Below are positions 1 through 18,365 of a DNA stretch of 64,000 nucleotides, piece after piece. Source of the DNA: an uncultured Acidobacteriota bacterium (lineage in GTDB: Bacteria; Acidobacteriota; Thermoanaerobaculia; Multivoradales; UBA5704); assembly GCA_963770895.1 (NCBI GenBank), contig CAVYRF010000002.1, positions 1,920,001 through 1,984,000 on the forward strand. The letters are read 5' to 3'. Under the pieces are notes generated by a model. That model was not told the origin of the DNA. It saw only the letters and a program-made list of their open reading frames with translations, and searched no databases. Each line of letters starts with the position of its first letter. The first letter of the stretch is position 1. Made by a program: the position numbers and the translations under genes.

Positions 1-42
1 CCGCTGGCCGTACGACAGCGCCGGCCGCGCCTCGCCGCTCAT
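1..42 (-). CDS. 5' end of next NRPS gene (C-domain start), runs off window
   Basis: ATG at 42 overlaps the TGA of the upstream NRPS (ATGA). Reads MSGEARPALSYGQR; LSxGQR is a condensation-domain start motif. Confidence 0.7.
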   Translation of the reverse strand, partial: MSGEARPALSYGQR

Positions 43-3000
43 GGTGTGTCCCGTCCCGGATCGGCGCCGGCTGCCGCGCCGGCGCGGCGGCGGTGGGTGC
101 GGCTCTGGCGCACCTGCGCCCGCTCCCCCGCCCTCTTCACCACCGGCTCGCCGCCCCCGCCCTGGTCTTGCCGCAGAAATCCGGCCAGGCCTGCGATGGT
201 CGGATAGCGGAACAGCGTCAGCAGGGGAATCCGCTGCCGCAGCGTCTCTTCCAGCCGGGCGTGCAGCTTGACCAGCAGGATGGAGTGGCCGCCGAGCTCG
301 AAGAAGCTGTCGTGGATGCCGACCCTGGGCAGTTGCAGCAGCTCCGACCAGAGCGCCGCCAGGGACTGCTCCAGCTCGCTGCGCGGCGGCTCGAACGCGG
401 TGGCCAGCTGCGGCCGCTGGCTCTCCCAGGGGGGCAGGGCCCCGCGGTCGACCTTGCCGCCTAAGGTCTGCGGCAGCACCGGCAGCAGGGCGTAGTCCGC
501 CGGCACCATCGGCTCCGGCAGCAGGGTGCTCAGGTGGGCGCGCAGCTCCCAGGCCGGCAGCGGCCCGTCTGTCGCCGCCACGTAGGCGATCAGCCGGTGC
601 TCCGAGGGAGTCGCCTTCCAGAGCAGGACCGCCGCCTGCCGCACCCGCGGATGGCGCAGCAGCGCCGCCTCGATCTCGCCCAGCTCCACCCGGTGTCCAC
701 GCACCTTGATCTGGCGGTCGATGCGGCCCAGGTACTCCAGCTCGCCGTTCGGCAGGTGGCGGCCGAGGTCGCCGCTGCGATAGAGCCGCGATCCCGCCTT
801 GTCGCTGTAGGGATGGGGCACGAAGCGCGCGGCGGTCGTGCCGGGCACGCCGCGGTAGCCGCGCGCCACGCCGGGGCCCGCCACGCACAGCTCGCCGGGC
901 ACGCCGATGGGCACCGGCTGCTGGTGGCGGTCCAGCACGTGGATCTCGAGATCCTGCAGCGGGCGGCCGATCCAGCTGCCGAGCGGCGGCGTCAGGTCGG
1001 CGAGCCGCATGCGCCGCAGGGTGGAGTGCACCGTCGTCTCGGTGATGCCGTACATGTTGTAGAGCCACGGCTCGCCGGCCGCTTCGCCGCCGCAGCTGTC
1101 GAACCACCAGCCCAGGCCGCCCACGTCCACCGCTTCGCCGGCCAGGATGATCAGGCGCAGGGAACCGCGCTGCAAGGGCGCCAGCGCCAGCTGGCCGAAG
1201 GCCGACGGCGTCTGGTTGAGCACCGTCACCCGTTCGCTCACCAGCAGCTCGGCCAGGGCGCCCGGCGACTGGCGGATCGACTGCGGCACCACCACCAGCC
1301 GGCCGCCGAACGCCAGGGCGCCCCAGAGCTCCCAGACCGCAAGATCGAAGGCGTAGGAATGGAACAGGGTCCACACGTCGGCGGCGCCCATGGCCAGCTC
1401 GCCGGCGTCCGCGGTGAGCAGCCGCGCCACGTTGCCGCGCGTCACCTCGACCCCCTTGGGGCGGCCGGTAGAGCCCGAGGTATGGATCAGGTAGGCCGCG
1501 GACTCGGCCTCGAAGCTTGCCGCGGGCGGGGGGGCGTGCCCGCTCACGCCGCTCGCGGGCGGCGGCATGTCGCCGTCGACCACCAGCAGCGCGCAGCGTT
1601 GCAACGGCAGCTGCGCCGCCAGCGCCGGCTGGGCGATCAGCACGCGTGCACCGCACTCCCCCAGCAGCGAGGCCAGGCGCGCCGGCGGGTTGGCAGGGTC
1701 GAGCGGCACGTAGGTGCCGCCGGCATCGAGCACCGCCAGGATGGACCAGACCAGCTCCGCCGAGCGCTCCAGGCAGAGAGCGACGCGCACCTCCGGACCG
1801 ACGCCGAGCCGGCGCAGGCGGGCCGCCAGCTCGAAGGCGCGGGCGCCCAGCTGGGCGTAGGTCAGCCGCTCGACCTGCCCCCGCCGCCAATAGGTCACCG
1901 CCTCCGCGTCCGGCCGCAGGGCGACCTGGTCGCGGAAGAGCAGCGATACGTCGATCGCCGGCGGCGCCGGCCGGTCCGGCCGCAGGGTGACGTCGGCCCA
2001 CTCCCGCAGCAGCTGGTGGCGCTGCACAGGGTCGAGCAGCACGGCGTCGGCAAGGCGGCGCTCGGGCGCCGCGACAAGATCGTCGAGCAGCACCGCGTAC
2101 TGCGCCGCCATCCGGCCGCAGGTCGCGGCGGTGAAGAGGTCGGAGTTGTACTCCAGCCAGCCGGCGACCGCGTGCCCGCTGTCGGACAGCTCGAGCGCCA
2201 GGTCGAACTGCGCGGTGCCGGGCGCGACCTCCACGGGGTGCCACGCGAGGCCGGCCGCCTCGGCTCCGGAGAAGGGGTCGCTCTCCAAGCTGAACAGCAC
2301 CTGAAACACCGGTGTGCGGCTGGGGTCGCGCTCGTGCTGCAGCTCGTGGACCAGCTTGGCGAACGGCAGATCCTGGTGGTCAAAGGCGGCGAGCGATGCC
2401 TGCCGCACCCGCCCCAGCAGCTGCCGCAGCGTGGGATCCCCGGCGCACTCGATGCGCACCGCCAGGGTATCGGCAAAAGGGCCGATGAGGTCCCTGGTCT
2501 CCGCCCGGCCGCGGTTGGCGACGCCGGCGCCGACCACCAGGATGTCGCCGGCGCCGACGCCGACGCGTGCGAGCAGGGCGCTCCACGCGGTCAGCAGCGT
2601 CATGAACAGGGTGGCGCCTTCCTGCCGTCCGAGCTGGTGCAGCGCCTCGACCGCCGGTCGCGCCAGCGCCAGCCGGCGGCGCTCGCCGCGCTGCGTCTGC
2701 ACTTCGGGCCGGCGGCAGGTGGGCAGCTCGAGGGTCACGGCCTGGGCGTGCAGCTCGCGCCAGTAGGCGAGCTGGCGCTCGAGCCGCTCGCCCGCCAGCC
2801 AGGCGCGTTGCCAGGCGGCGAAGTCGCCGTACTGCAGGGCAAGCTCGCGCAGCGGTGACGCGCCGCCGCCGGCGAACGCCTGGTAGAGCGCCGCCAGCTC
2901 GCGAAAGAAAATCCCCAGCGAGCGGCCGTCGAAGGCGATGGCGTGAACGTGCAGCAGCAGGACGTGATCGGCGGCGCCAGCGCGGAGCAGCGCGACGCGC

Positions 3001-3407
3001 AGCAGCGGGCCGCGTTCCAGGTCGAAAGGCCGCGCGGCCAGCTGCCGCGAGATGCGCTGGACCTGCGCCTGGCGCGCGCCGGACGGCAGGTCTCCAAGAT
3101 CGACTGCCGCGAGCGGCGGCGCCTGCACGGGATCGATGTGCTGCACCGGCTCCCCCGCCTGGCTGCGGAAGCGCGCCCGCAGCACCTGGTGGCGCGACAC
3201 GATCTCGCGCAGACCGCGATGCAGCGCCGCCACCTGCAGCCGGCCCGCCAGGCGGACGCCGCCGGCGATGCCATAGGCCGTGGCCAGCGGGTTGAGCTGG
3301 TGGAGGAGCCAGAGGCGCTGCTGGGCAAAGGAGAGCGGCCAGGAGCTGCCGGGGCGGCGTGGGATCGGCGCGTTGCCGGGGCCGTCCGCAGTACTTGTGA
3401 TGACCAC
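39..3407 (-). CDS. Non-ribosomal peptide synthetase, C-A-PCP (Thr-like A domain)
   Basis: LSFAQQRLW; degenerate C motif HAIAFDG; A motifs TSGSTGRPKG, NMYGITETTVH, YRSGDL; PCP LGGHS; basic C-terminal tail. Confidence 0.95.
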   Translation of the reverse strand: MVITSTADGPGNAPIPRRPGSSWPLSFAQQRLWLLHQLNPLATAYGIAGGVRLAGRLQVAALHRGLREIVSRHQVLRARFRSQAGEPVQHIDPVQAPPLAAVDLGDLPSGARQAQVQRISRQLAARPFDLERGPLLRVALLRAGAADHVLLLHVHAIAFDGRSLGIFFRELAALYQAFAGGGASPLRELALQYGDFAAWQRAWLAGERLERQLAYWRELHAQAVTLELPTCRRPEVQTQRGERRRLALARPAVEALHQLGRQEGATLFMTLLTAWSALLARVGVGAGDILVVGAGVANRGRAETRDLIGPFADTLAVRIECAGDPTLRQLLGRVRQASLAAFDHQDLPFAKLVHELQHERDPSRTPVFQVLFSLESDPFSGAEAAGLAWHPVEVAPGTAQFDLALELSDSGHAVAGWLEYNSDLFTAATCGRMAAQYAVLLDDLVAAPERRLADAVLLDPVQRHQLLREWADVTLRPDRPAPPAIDVSLLFRDQVALRPDAEAVTYWRRGQVERLTYAQLGARAFELAARLRRLGVGPEVRVALCLERSAELVWSILAVLDAGGTYVPLDPANPPARLASLLGECGARVLIAQPALAAQLPLQRCALLVVDGDMPPPASGVSGHAPPPAASFEAESAAYLIHTSGSTGRPKGVEVTRGNVARLLTADAGELAMGAADVWTLFHSYAFDLAVWELWGALAFGGRLVVVPQSIRQSPGALAELLVSERVTVLNQTPSAFGQLALAPLQRGSLRLIILAGEAVDVGGLGWWFDSCGGEAAGEPWLYNMYGITETTVHSTLRRMRLADLTPPLGSWIGRPLQDLEIHVLDRHQQPVPIGVPGELCVAGPGVARGYRGVPGTTAARFVPHPYSDKAGSRLYRSGDLGRHLPNGELEYLGRIDRQIKVRGHRVELGEIEAALLRHPRVRQAAVLLWKATPSEHRLIAYVAATDGPLPAWELRAHLSTLLPEPMVPADYALLPVLPQTLGGKVDRGALPPWESQRPQLATAFEPPRSELEQSLAALWSELLQLPRVGIHDSFFELGGHSILLVKLHARLEETLRQRIPLLTLFRYPTIAGLAGFLRQDQGGGGEPVVKRAGERAQVRQSRTHRRRAGAAAGADPGRDTP

Positions 3408-3438
3408 TAGGTTACCAGCTTACATGCACAAAAAAACA

Positions 3439-11652
<8,214 letters not shown>

Positions 11653-11947
11653 GTTTCTATGACTAGCGTAACCCGTAAGGCCACCCGGCGCTGCCGGGTG
11701 GCAAGAACCGATTCGGCGATGCAGCAGAAGGTGCGGCAGCGCAACCCCACCATGTTTGGTGTACCTGCCGGTTGCGTCGTGACAAGAGCTCCGATTCGAA
11801 TTGCCCCCGGGGGGACGATGGCGACGGAGCGTAACCTTGTCGGCGCCGCTCGCGTAGTAGGACACGCAGCGCCCGCCGGCGGGCGGCCCGCACGACGCGG
11901 CGGGCGCTCGTCGCAATGGCGGCGACTTTGGCGGAGGGATCGAGCGG

Positions 11948-14572
11948 ATGAACCCATCGGATGGCGCTCAGCGCGGGGTGCCGGCGCTGGAAAGCCTGGC
12001 GCAGGATCTGCGGTACGCGGTGCGCATGCTGGGCAAGAGCCCGGGCTTCACCGCCGTCGCGCTGCTGTCGCTCGCCTTCGGCATCGGCACCAACAGCGCC
12101 ATCTTCAGCGTCGTCGACGCCCTGCTGCTCAAGAGCCTGCCGGTGGCGGGCGCCGATCAGCTGGTCATCCTGCAGCACACCGCGCCGTCGGACTCCGAGC
12201 GGCATGAGCTCTTCACCTACCGCGGCTTCGAGCAGCTGCGCCAGGCGAGCGACGTGGTCGCCGGCATCTTCGCGCTCACCCGCCAGTTCACCGCGGTGGT
12301 GCGGCCGATGGGCGGCGGCGGCCTGCCGGAGGGCGACGCGGCGGCGGGGGCCGAAGCTACCGAGAAGGCCACGGCGCAGCTGGTCTCCGGCAACTTCTTC
12401 GCCGTCCTGGGTGCCGGCGCCGCCCGCGGGCGGACCTTCGACCAGACCGAGGACGTGCCGCCGCGGATGCACCCGGTGGCGGTGCTCAGCGACGGCTACT
12501 GGCGGCGGCGTTTCGGCGGCGACCCGCGCGTCGTCGGCGCCACGGTGAGCGTCAACGGCGCTCCGGTCACCGTGCTCGGGGTCATGCCGAAGGGCTTCTT
12601 CGGCGTGCTGGTCGACGTGGCGCCCGACGTCTACCTACCGCTCAGCCTGCGCGAGGCGGTGCACTACAACGGCGACACCGACACCAACGGTCCCGATCAC
12701 TTCGAGATGCCCGTCTGGCAGCGGCCGCACACCCAATGGCTGGAGCTGATGGCGCGGCGCCGGCCCGGCGTCACGCCGCAGCGCGCCACCGCCGTGCTGG
12801 ACGTGCTGTTCCATCGCGAGATCGTGGCGGCGCTGGCCGACATCAAGGACGCGAGCGACCGTCGCGACGAGCTCGCCCGGCGGCTGGTGCTCCTGCCGGG
12901 TGGGCGCGGCCTGTCCAACCTCCGCGAGCGGATCACCCAGCCGCTGTTCATCCTGATGGGAGTGGCCGCGCTGGTGCTGCTCATCGCCTGCGCCAACATC
13001 GCCAACCTGCTGCTGGCGCGCGCCGACCGGCGGCGCAAGGAGATGGCCGTGCGGCTGGGGATCGGCGCCGCCCGCGGCCGGCTGGTGCGCCAGCTGCTCA
13101 CCGAGAGCCTGCTGCTTTCCGGGCTGGGCGCCGTCCTGGGCCTGCTGTTCGCCTTCTGGGGCAGCCGCTTCCTGTTCACCCTGCTGGCGCGCGGCGACGT
13201 GCCAGTGCAGCTCGACGCGGTGCTCGACCTGCGGCGTCTGGGGTTCGCCGCCGCCGTGGCGCTCGCGACCGGCGTCTTTTTCGGCCTGGCGCCGGCCCTG
13301 CAAGCGACGCGGGTCGATCTCAGCGCCACCCTCAAGGATGCCGCCCGCTCCGTCGGCGCCGCCAGGCGAGGCCGCGGCGGGGGGTTCCACCTGCCGCTCG
13401 GCAGCCTGCTGGTGGTGCTGCAGATCGGGCTGTCGCTGGTGCTGCTGGTCGGCGCCGGCCTGTTCGTGCGCAGCTTGCGAAATCTGCTGAGCGTCGATCC
13501 CGGCTTCGATCGCGAGGCGCTGTTCCAGGTGCAGATCAACCCGCGCCTGCTGGCGCTCAGCGAACCGCGGCTGCTCGACCTCTACCGCCGGCTCGAGGAC
13601 CGCATGGGCGCCCTGCCCGGCGTGCGCTCGGTGAGCCTGTCGCTGGACGGTCAGCTGGGCACCCACGTGCGCTCCGAGGGCTTTTCCGTGCCGGGCTACG
13701 ACCAGCATCGCCTCAACGACAACGAGCAGGTGACCCATGTCGGGCTGGTGACGCCGGCCTACTTCGCCACCGTCGGCGTGCCGCTCCTCCGTGGGCGCGC
13801 CTTCACCGCCGCCGACCGCGCCGGCGCCCCCAAGGTCGCGATCATCAACGAAACCCTGGCGCGCCGCTTCTTTCCGCACGGCCCGGTGATCGGCGAGCAC
13901 CTGGGCTTCGGCGACGCCGCGCACGCGCGGGACTTCGAGATCGTCGGCCTGGCCCGCGACTCCAAGTACAACACCCTGCGCGAGACCACCCCCTTCATGG
14001 TCTACCGCCCCGTCGCGCAGGCACCCGACAACCTCGAGTACGTCGAGGTCCGCTCGACCCCCCAGGCCGCCGTCGCCGTGGCGTCGCGCCTGCGCCGGAC
14101 AGTCGCCGAAGTCGAGCCCGCCCTTGCCGTGTTCGACGTGTCCGCCACCGACCAGCAGGTCGCCCGCTCCCTCGCCAGGGAGCAGGCCATCGCCCGCCTC
14201 ACCGGCTTCTTCGGCGTGCTCGCCCTGCTGCTGGCCGCCATCGGCCTCTACGGCGTCCTGTCCTATGGGGTCGCTCGCCGCACCAACGAAATCGGCCTCC
14301 GCATGGCCCTGGGCGCGCCGCGCGCCAACGTCCTCTCCCTGGTCCTGCGCGACAGCTGTCAGCTCGTCGCCTTGGGTCTTGGCGCCGGGCTCCTGGCCGC
14401 ACTCGCCGCCACCCGCCTCGCCGCCAGCCAACTCTACGGGCTCGCCGCCAACGACCCTCTCACCTTCGCCGTCGCCACCGCCGCCATGGCCCTGGTCGCC
14501 CTCTTCGCCGGCTATCTTCCCGCCCGCCGCGCCGCCGACACCGACCCGATGACCGCGCTGCGGCACGAGTAG
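11948..14572 (+). CDS. ABC transporter permease, ADOP / MacB-FtsX duplicated type
   Basis: QDLRYAVRMLGKSPGFTAVA, LLIACANIANLLLAR..RRKEMAVRLGIGA, RRTNEIGLRMALGA, DPMTALRHE. Confidence 0.95.
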   Translation: MNPSDGAQRGVPALESLAQDLRYAVRMLGKSPGFTAVALLSLAFGIGTNSAIFSVVDALLLKSLPVAGADQLVILQHTAPSDSERHELFTYRGFEQLRQASDVVAGIFALTRQFTAVVRPMGGGGLPEGDAAAGAEATEKATAQLVSGNFFAVLGAGAARGRTFDQTEDVPPRMHPVAVLSDGYWRRRFGGDPRVVGATVSVNGAPVTVLGVMPKGFFGVLVDVAPDVYLPLSLREAVHYNGDTDTNGPDHFEMPVWQRPHTQWLELMARRRPGVTPQRATAVLDVLFHREIVAALADIKDASDRRDELARRLVLLPGGRGLSNLRERITQPLFILMGVAALVLLIACANIANLLLARADRRRKEMAVRLGIGAARGRLVRQLLTESLLLSGLGAVLGLLFAFWGSRFLFTLLARGDVPVQLDAVLDLRRLGFAAAVALATGVFFGLAPALQATRVDLSATLKDAARSVGAARRGRGGGFHLPLGSLLVVLQIGLSLVLLVGAGLFVRSLRNLLSVDPGFDREALFQVQINPRLLALSEPRLLDLYRRLEDRMGALPGVRSVSLSLDGQLGTHVRSEGFSVPGYDQHRLNDNEQVTHVGLVTPAYFATVGVPLLRGRAFTAADRAGAPKVAIINETLARRFFPHGPVIGEHLGFGDAAHARDFEIVGLARDSKYNTLRETTPFMVYRPVAQAPDNLEYVEVRSTPQAAVAVASRLRRTVAEVEPALAVFDVSATDQQVARSLAREQAIARLTGFFGVLALLLAAIGLYGVLSYGVARRTNEIGLRMALGAPRANVLSLVLRDSCQLVALGLGAGLLAALAATRLAASQLYGLAANDPLTFAVATAAMALVALFAGYLPARRAADTDPMTALRHE

Positions 14573-14733
14573 CAGCGGCGGCCTGCCTGGCCGCCGAGGC
14601 CGAGGCCGAGCCAGGAGTCGAGCGCGGTCGCGGCGAACGAAGCTGTCGAGGTCTGCGATAATCGCCAACTCCCAGATTGTGTCCCGCAGCCAGGGAACAT
14701 TTCACTGCTCTGCCGACAGGAGGATGGCCCAAG

Positions 14734-15696
14734 ATGCTCCGCCAGACCTGTGTAGCTCTGCTGCTGGTCTCTGCCGCGGCCCTCGGTGCCGCGGCGCCGA
14801 GCACCGCGCATGCGGCCGCCAAGGCCGCGATCACCACCCTGGAGCCCGGCACGCTCAAGGTCTGCCTGTACGCCGGCTTCGCGCCGTTTGCCTCGAAAGT
14901 GAACGGTCAGTGGCAGGGCTGGGACGTGGATTACCTCGCCGCCTTCGCGGCCGCCAATTCTCTTAAGTTTGTGGTGGTCGAGCACGATTTCAACGGCATC
15001 TGGCTGGCCCCCGGTCAGAAGCTGTGCGACGTTGCGGGCACGGGAATCTCCGACATCGCGGAGCGCCGCCAGGCCGCGGGCAAGGACGCCGTATGGTCGA
15101 ATACCTACTACGGCGTGGTGCGGACCTTCCTGGTGCGCACCGAGCAGTTCGCCAATCTTGCCAAGGTGGAAGATCTGCGCGGCAGGAAGGCCATCATCAC
15201 CAAGGGCTCGACCGCCAATACCGATCTCTGCTATCGCATGGCGGCCAGCAAGCTGCATCCGTGCGTCAAGCCCGGCGGCGACCAGCCGTGCAGCTTCCCA
15301 GGCTTCGATCTGAAACCCACCACCGACAAGTCGTGCGTCGACATTCAGTACCCGCAAGACAACGACGAAGGCAAGGCCGCGGCGGCGGTCGCCAACAGCG
15401 GCAGCGATTACTCTCCCTTCGCCTACGGCGGCGGCTATGGCAGCATTCAGACGCTGGTCTGCCAGTGGTCGTCCACCCAGCGGCTGGCCACCGTCTGGCC
15501 GCATTGCAACATGTCGAGCAACGGCGTGAACGCCTACGCCGAGCCCTTCTCCTTCGTCGTGCGCGCTGCCGATGCGGGCCTGGCGAACGCCATCAACTGC
15601 TTCATCGGCGCCAACAAATACGCGGGAACGCCGATCCCCGACCTCGGCTGCCAGCGTCCATCCTGGACGCCGCCGCCCGCCGCCTGTACCAGGTAG
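14734..15696 (+). CDS. Secreted Cys-rich solute-binding protein (family 3-like)
   Basis: Signal peptide MLRQTCVALLLVSAAA; GTLKVCLYAGFAPF, GWDVD, DLRGRK motifs. Confidence 0.75.
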   Translation: MLRQTCVALLLVSAAALGAAAPSTAHAAAKAAITTLEPGTLKVCLYAGFAPFASKVNGQWQGWDVDYLAAFAAANSLKFVVVEHDFNGIWLAPGQKLCDVAGTGISDIAERRQAAGKDAVWSNTYYGVVRTFLVRTEQFANLAKVEDLRGRKAIITKGSTANTDLCYRMAASKLHPCVKPGGDQPCSFPGFDLKPTTDKSCVDIQYPQDNDEGKAAAAVANSGSDYSPFAYGGGYGSIQTLVCQWSSTQRLATVWPHCNMSSNGVNAYAEPFSFVVRAADAGLANAINCFIGANKYAGTPIPDLGCQRPSWTPPPAACTR

Positions 15697-15762
15697 GCCG
15701 AACGGCCTGGCACAAAGGAGCCCGCCGCCAGGCCAGCCCGGAAGGGAACGCCTGGCTGCCGA

Positions 15763-16416
15763 TCAGCCGATCCGGGTGGGCTGCGACCTGTAGCTGATGA
15801 GCGTCTCGGCGATGTTGGCCGCGAGGTCGGCCATAGCCTCCAGCTCGTCGGTAATGGCGCCATGCAGCTCCAGCTGAAGCGGAGTCAGCAGAGGGCCTAT
15901 CCATTCTGGGTCGACCACGGTTCGCTGGAACAGCGCCGTGGTCTCGTACCGATTGGTGAGGACCTGCTGAAGTCGGAGGGTGATCTCGTTGTTTGGCTCG
16001 GCGCACCGCAGATCCAGCTGATCGAGAGCTCCAAAGCACTCCGCGAGCAGTCTCTGGGTCAGAAGAACCAGCTGCAGCAGACTCGGCGAGGGAGGCCCCA
16101 TGCCCTGGGTGCGAAAGCGAATCCTGTTGCTGCAGGCCAGGATGTACACGATGTCGCTACCGACGATGATCATCGTTCGCAGCAGATGAAGGTCAGCGGC
16201 CGCCGGTGTGAACCGGGCAAAGGCGTAGCAGATGTCCTCCTGCAACCTGCGCATGTGCAAATCGGCCTGGCGATCATCGAGATCGTTGCCCAAGGGAAAG
16301 CTGGGCTCTTTTAACTTGATGAGGGTATCGGTCACGAAACCCTCGACCCTGCGCCCAAAGACGCGCAGGCGGTCCAGCTCATGCTTGATAGACGCTTCAA
16401 AGATCACTCTGCTCAT
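15763..16416 (-). CDS. PhoU-domain (phosphate uptake regulator-like) protein
   Basis: Two-repeat helical pattern (DDRQADL..LQED; PAAADL; ELEAMADLAANIAETLI, similar to the PhoU LER.gDha.NIaE motif). Pho-box-like site upstream. Confidence 0.65.
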   Translation of the reverse strand: MSRVIFEASIKHELDRLRVFGRRVEGFVTDTLIKLKEPSFPLGNDLDDRQADLHMRRLQEDICYAFARFTPAAADLHLLRTMIIVGSDIVYILACSNRIRFRTQGMGPPSPSLLQLVLLTQRLLAECFGALDQLDLRCAEPNNEITLRLQQVLTNRYETTALFQRTVVDPEWIGPLLTPLQLELHGAITDELEAMADLAANIAETLISYRSQPTRIG

Positions 16417-16480
16417 ACCAATGCTCCAAAGATCTACCAGAGAGAATACTCAATTCGCCCGCGCAGGTCCTCGACGATGT

Positions 16481-16498
16481 GTGACAGCCGTGTTACGG
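16481..16498 (-). promoter_or_regulatory. Pho-box-like direct repeat
   Basis: Minus strand CCGTAAC-ACGG-CTGTCAC (11-bp period), about 65 bp upstream of the PhoU-like gene. Extra half-site TTGTCAC at 16511-16517. Confidence 0.55.
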
Positions 16499-16793
16499 AG
16501 TCCGGGCAATGTGACAACACGCTGGCGCCAGTTCGTAAGTAGAAGAAAGAAAGGCTCCTTAGGACCACACATGGGCACCGCAACGTCGCTCTCGGCGCCT
16601 GTCGAGTCGAGGAGCGCCTCGCCAGCCGGTTGGCGTAACGGGTGCCGAGATGGCCGGGCTGATCGCCGCCCCCCAATGCCGCCTGGGTTTCAGCTCGGGG
16701 CCGCTGCAAGCGTGCGAGGCGGCCGAGAAATCCGTAGACTGTGGAGACGCAATCGCTTCGATGATCTCCCGCGACCCGCCCATGAGGTGAGCC

Positions 16794-17342
16794 ATGGTAT
16801 CCGACCCTTCGACACCTTCGTCTGCCGCTCGCAAGTCCAACCATCATATGCGCTTCCACGTCCCGCACCTGCACCTGGCGCCGGTGTTCGGGGAGGGGTG
16901 GTTCGGCGCCAAGGCCGAAGCGTTTGCGCGCTTCTTCGGCACGCCGACCTTCCTGGTCGCGCAGTCGCTGATCGTCGGCGTCTGGATCGCGGTGAACGTC
17001 GTCGGCTGGACGAAGTTCGACGTCTACCCCTTCATCTTGCTGAACCTCGCGTTCAGCCTGCAGGCAGCCTACGCCGCACCGCTCATCCTGCTCGCCCAGA
17101 CCCGTCAGGCCGACCGCGACAAGGCGCTGGCCGAGGCCGACGCACAACACCGCGAGGCCCTGGCAACCGCCAGCCTGGAGCGCCAGGAGGTGGCGGCCAG
17201 CCAGGGTGAGCAGCTGCTGGTGCTCCTGCGTCAGAACACCGAGCTGACGCGGCTCACCCAGGAGCTCACCGCCCAGATCCGCCTGCTGACCGAGGAGATC
17301 CACAGCCGCACCTGCCCCGGAGGATGTGACGAAGTGCCGTAG
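16794..17342 (+). CDS. DUF1003-family membrane protein
   Basis: FARFFGTPTF, FDVYPFILLNLAFSLQAAYAAPLILLAQTRQADRD. Confidence 0.9.
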   Translation: MVSDPSTPSSAARKSNHHMRFHVPHLHLAPVFGEGWFGAKAEAFARFFGTPTFLVAQSLIVGVWIAVNVVGWTKFDVYPFILLNLAFSLQAAYAAPLILLAQTRQADRDKALAEADAQHREALATASLERQEVAASQGEQLLVLLRQNTELTRLTQELTAQIRLLTEEIHSRTCPGGCDEVP

Positions 17343-17351
17343 TCTGGGATC

Positions 17352-18044
17352 TCACCCCGGATGGACGTTGAAGAATCGTGCCGACTGCGGCGAGGGGTTG
17401 TCGAAGGAGATCACGTTGCCATCGACTTTCATCTTGTCGATCGTCAGCAGGCTGCCTTCGCCGGCGCCGCTGCCCTGGGCGGGCAGTTGGATTTGCAGGA
17501 TGACAAAGCGCGAGCTGCGGGTCAGGGTGGAAAAGCTCAGAAAGGGGCTGATGGCCAGCGGCGGGCGGTTGAGGACCGCCAGCAGCTGCCGCCCCTTCGG
17601 CGTCTCCTGGATGGCGGCGGCGGCCAGTGGATAGGTCATCTGGTCGTCCAGGCTATGGCCGATGACCAGGCTGCCGGCGCTGGCTTTCCACTGTGCGTCG
17701 CGGAGCGGATAGGCGCCTGAGCTGTCGACGTCATCGACAACGGCATCGTCGATCTTGGCGATGCGGCCCAGCGCCGCCGCCAGCTGCGTCATCTCTCCGT
17801 TGTCGGCAAAGTGATTCACCGACAGGGTGAACGTGGCGCGCGCCCGGCTGGTGACGTTCACCACGTCGCCGCTCCAGTGCGTCGCACGCTCCGGTGCCGC
17901 GGGGAGAGCTGGCGCAGCGGCGGCAGCCGGGGGCATGGAGGCGGTGGAAGCCGTGGAGGCAGCCGGCAGGGCAGTCGCGGCCAACGAGCCATAGATTGCA
18001 GCGGCGGCGGCCAGCCCGAGAATGCGTGAAGCCCAGAAATTCAT
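17352..18044 (-). CDS. Secreted hypothetical protein
   Basis: RBS GGAAGGAG before MNFWASRILGLAAAA; signal peptide plus Ala/Pro linker. Confidence 0.7.
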   Translation of the reverse strand: MNFWASRILGLAAAAAIYGSLAATALPAASTASTASMPPAAAAAPALPAAPERATHWSGDVVNVTSRARATFTLSVNHFADNGEMTQLAAALGRIAKIDDAVVDDVDSSGAYPLRDAQWKASAGSLVIGHSLDDQMTYPLAAAAIQETPKGRQLLAVLNRPPLAISPFLSFSTLTRSSRFVILQIQLPAQGSGAGEGSLLTIDKMKVDGNVISFDNPSPQSARFFNVHPG

Positions 18045-18365
18045 TGCATCTCCTTCCCCAATGGACGGAGCCGTTGCGGCTCCGCTCGAAACCACCCCAT
18101 TGCAACCGCAATACCATTCTAAGGGAATGGCTAAGGCATTGATCCACATTGGTTTGTGATTGCCACCGGGAGCTGTGGAGGCGTTTGGATAACGGCAGTG
18201 TGCTCTAGAGTGGACGCCGCGAGGGATTGGCGTGCCTGCCGGGCGCGAGCGATCAGAATCTTCGATGTCATGCGAAGTGCGCTACCATCAAACAAAGTTT
18301 CACCTCTGCCGCGCTGGACAGCGACCGGCGTGGCAACTCGACCGATATTCGGCTGGAGGAGTCAA

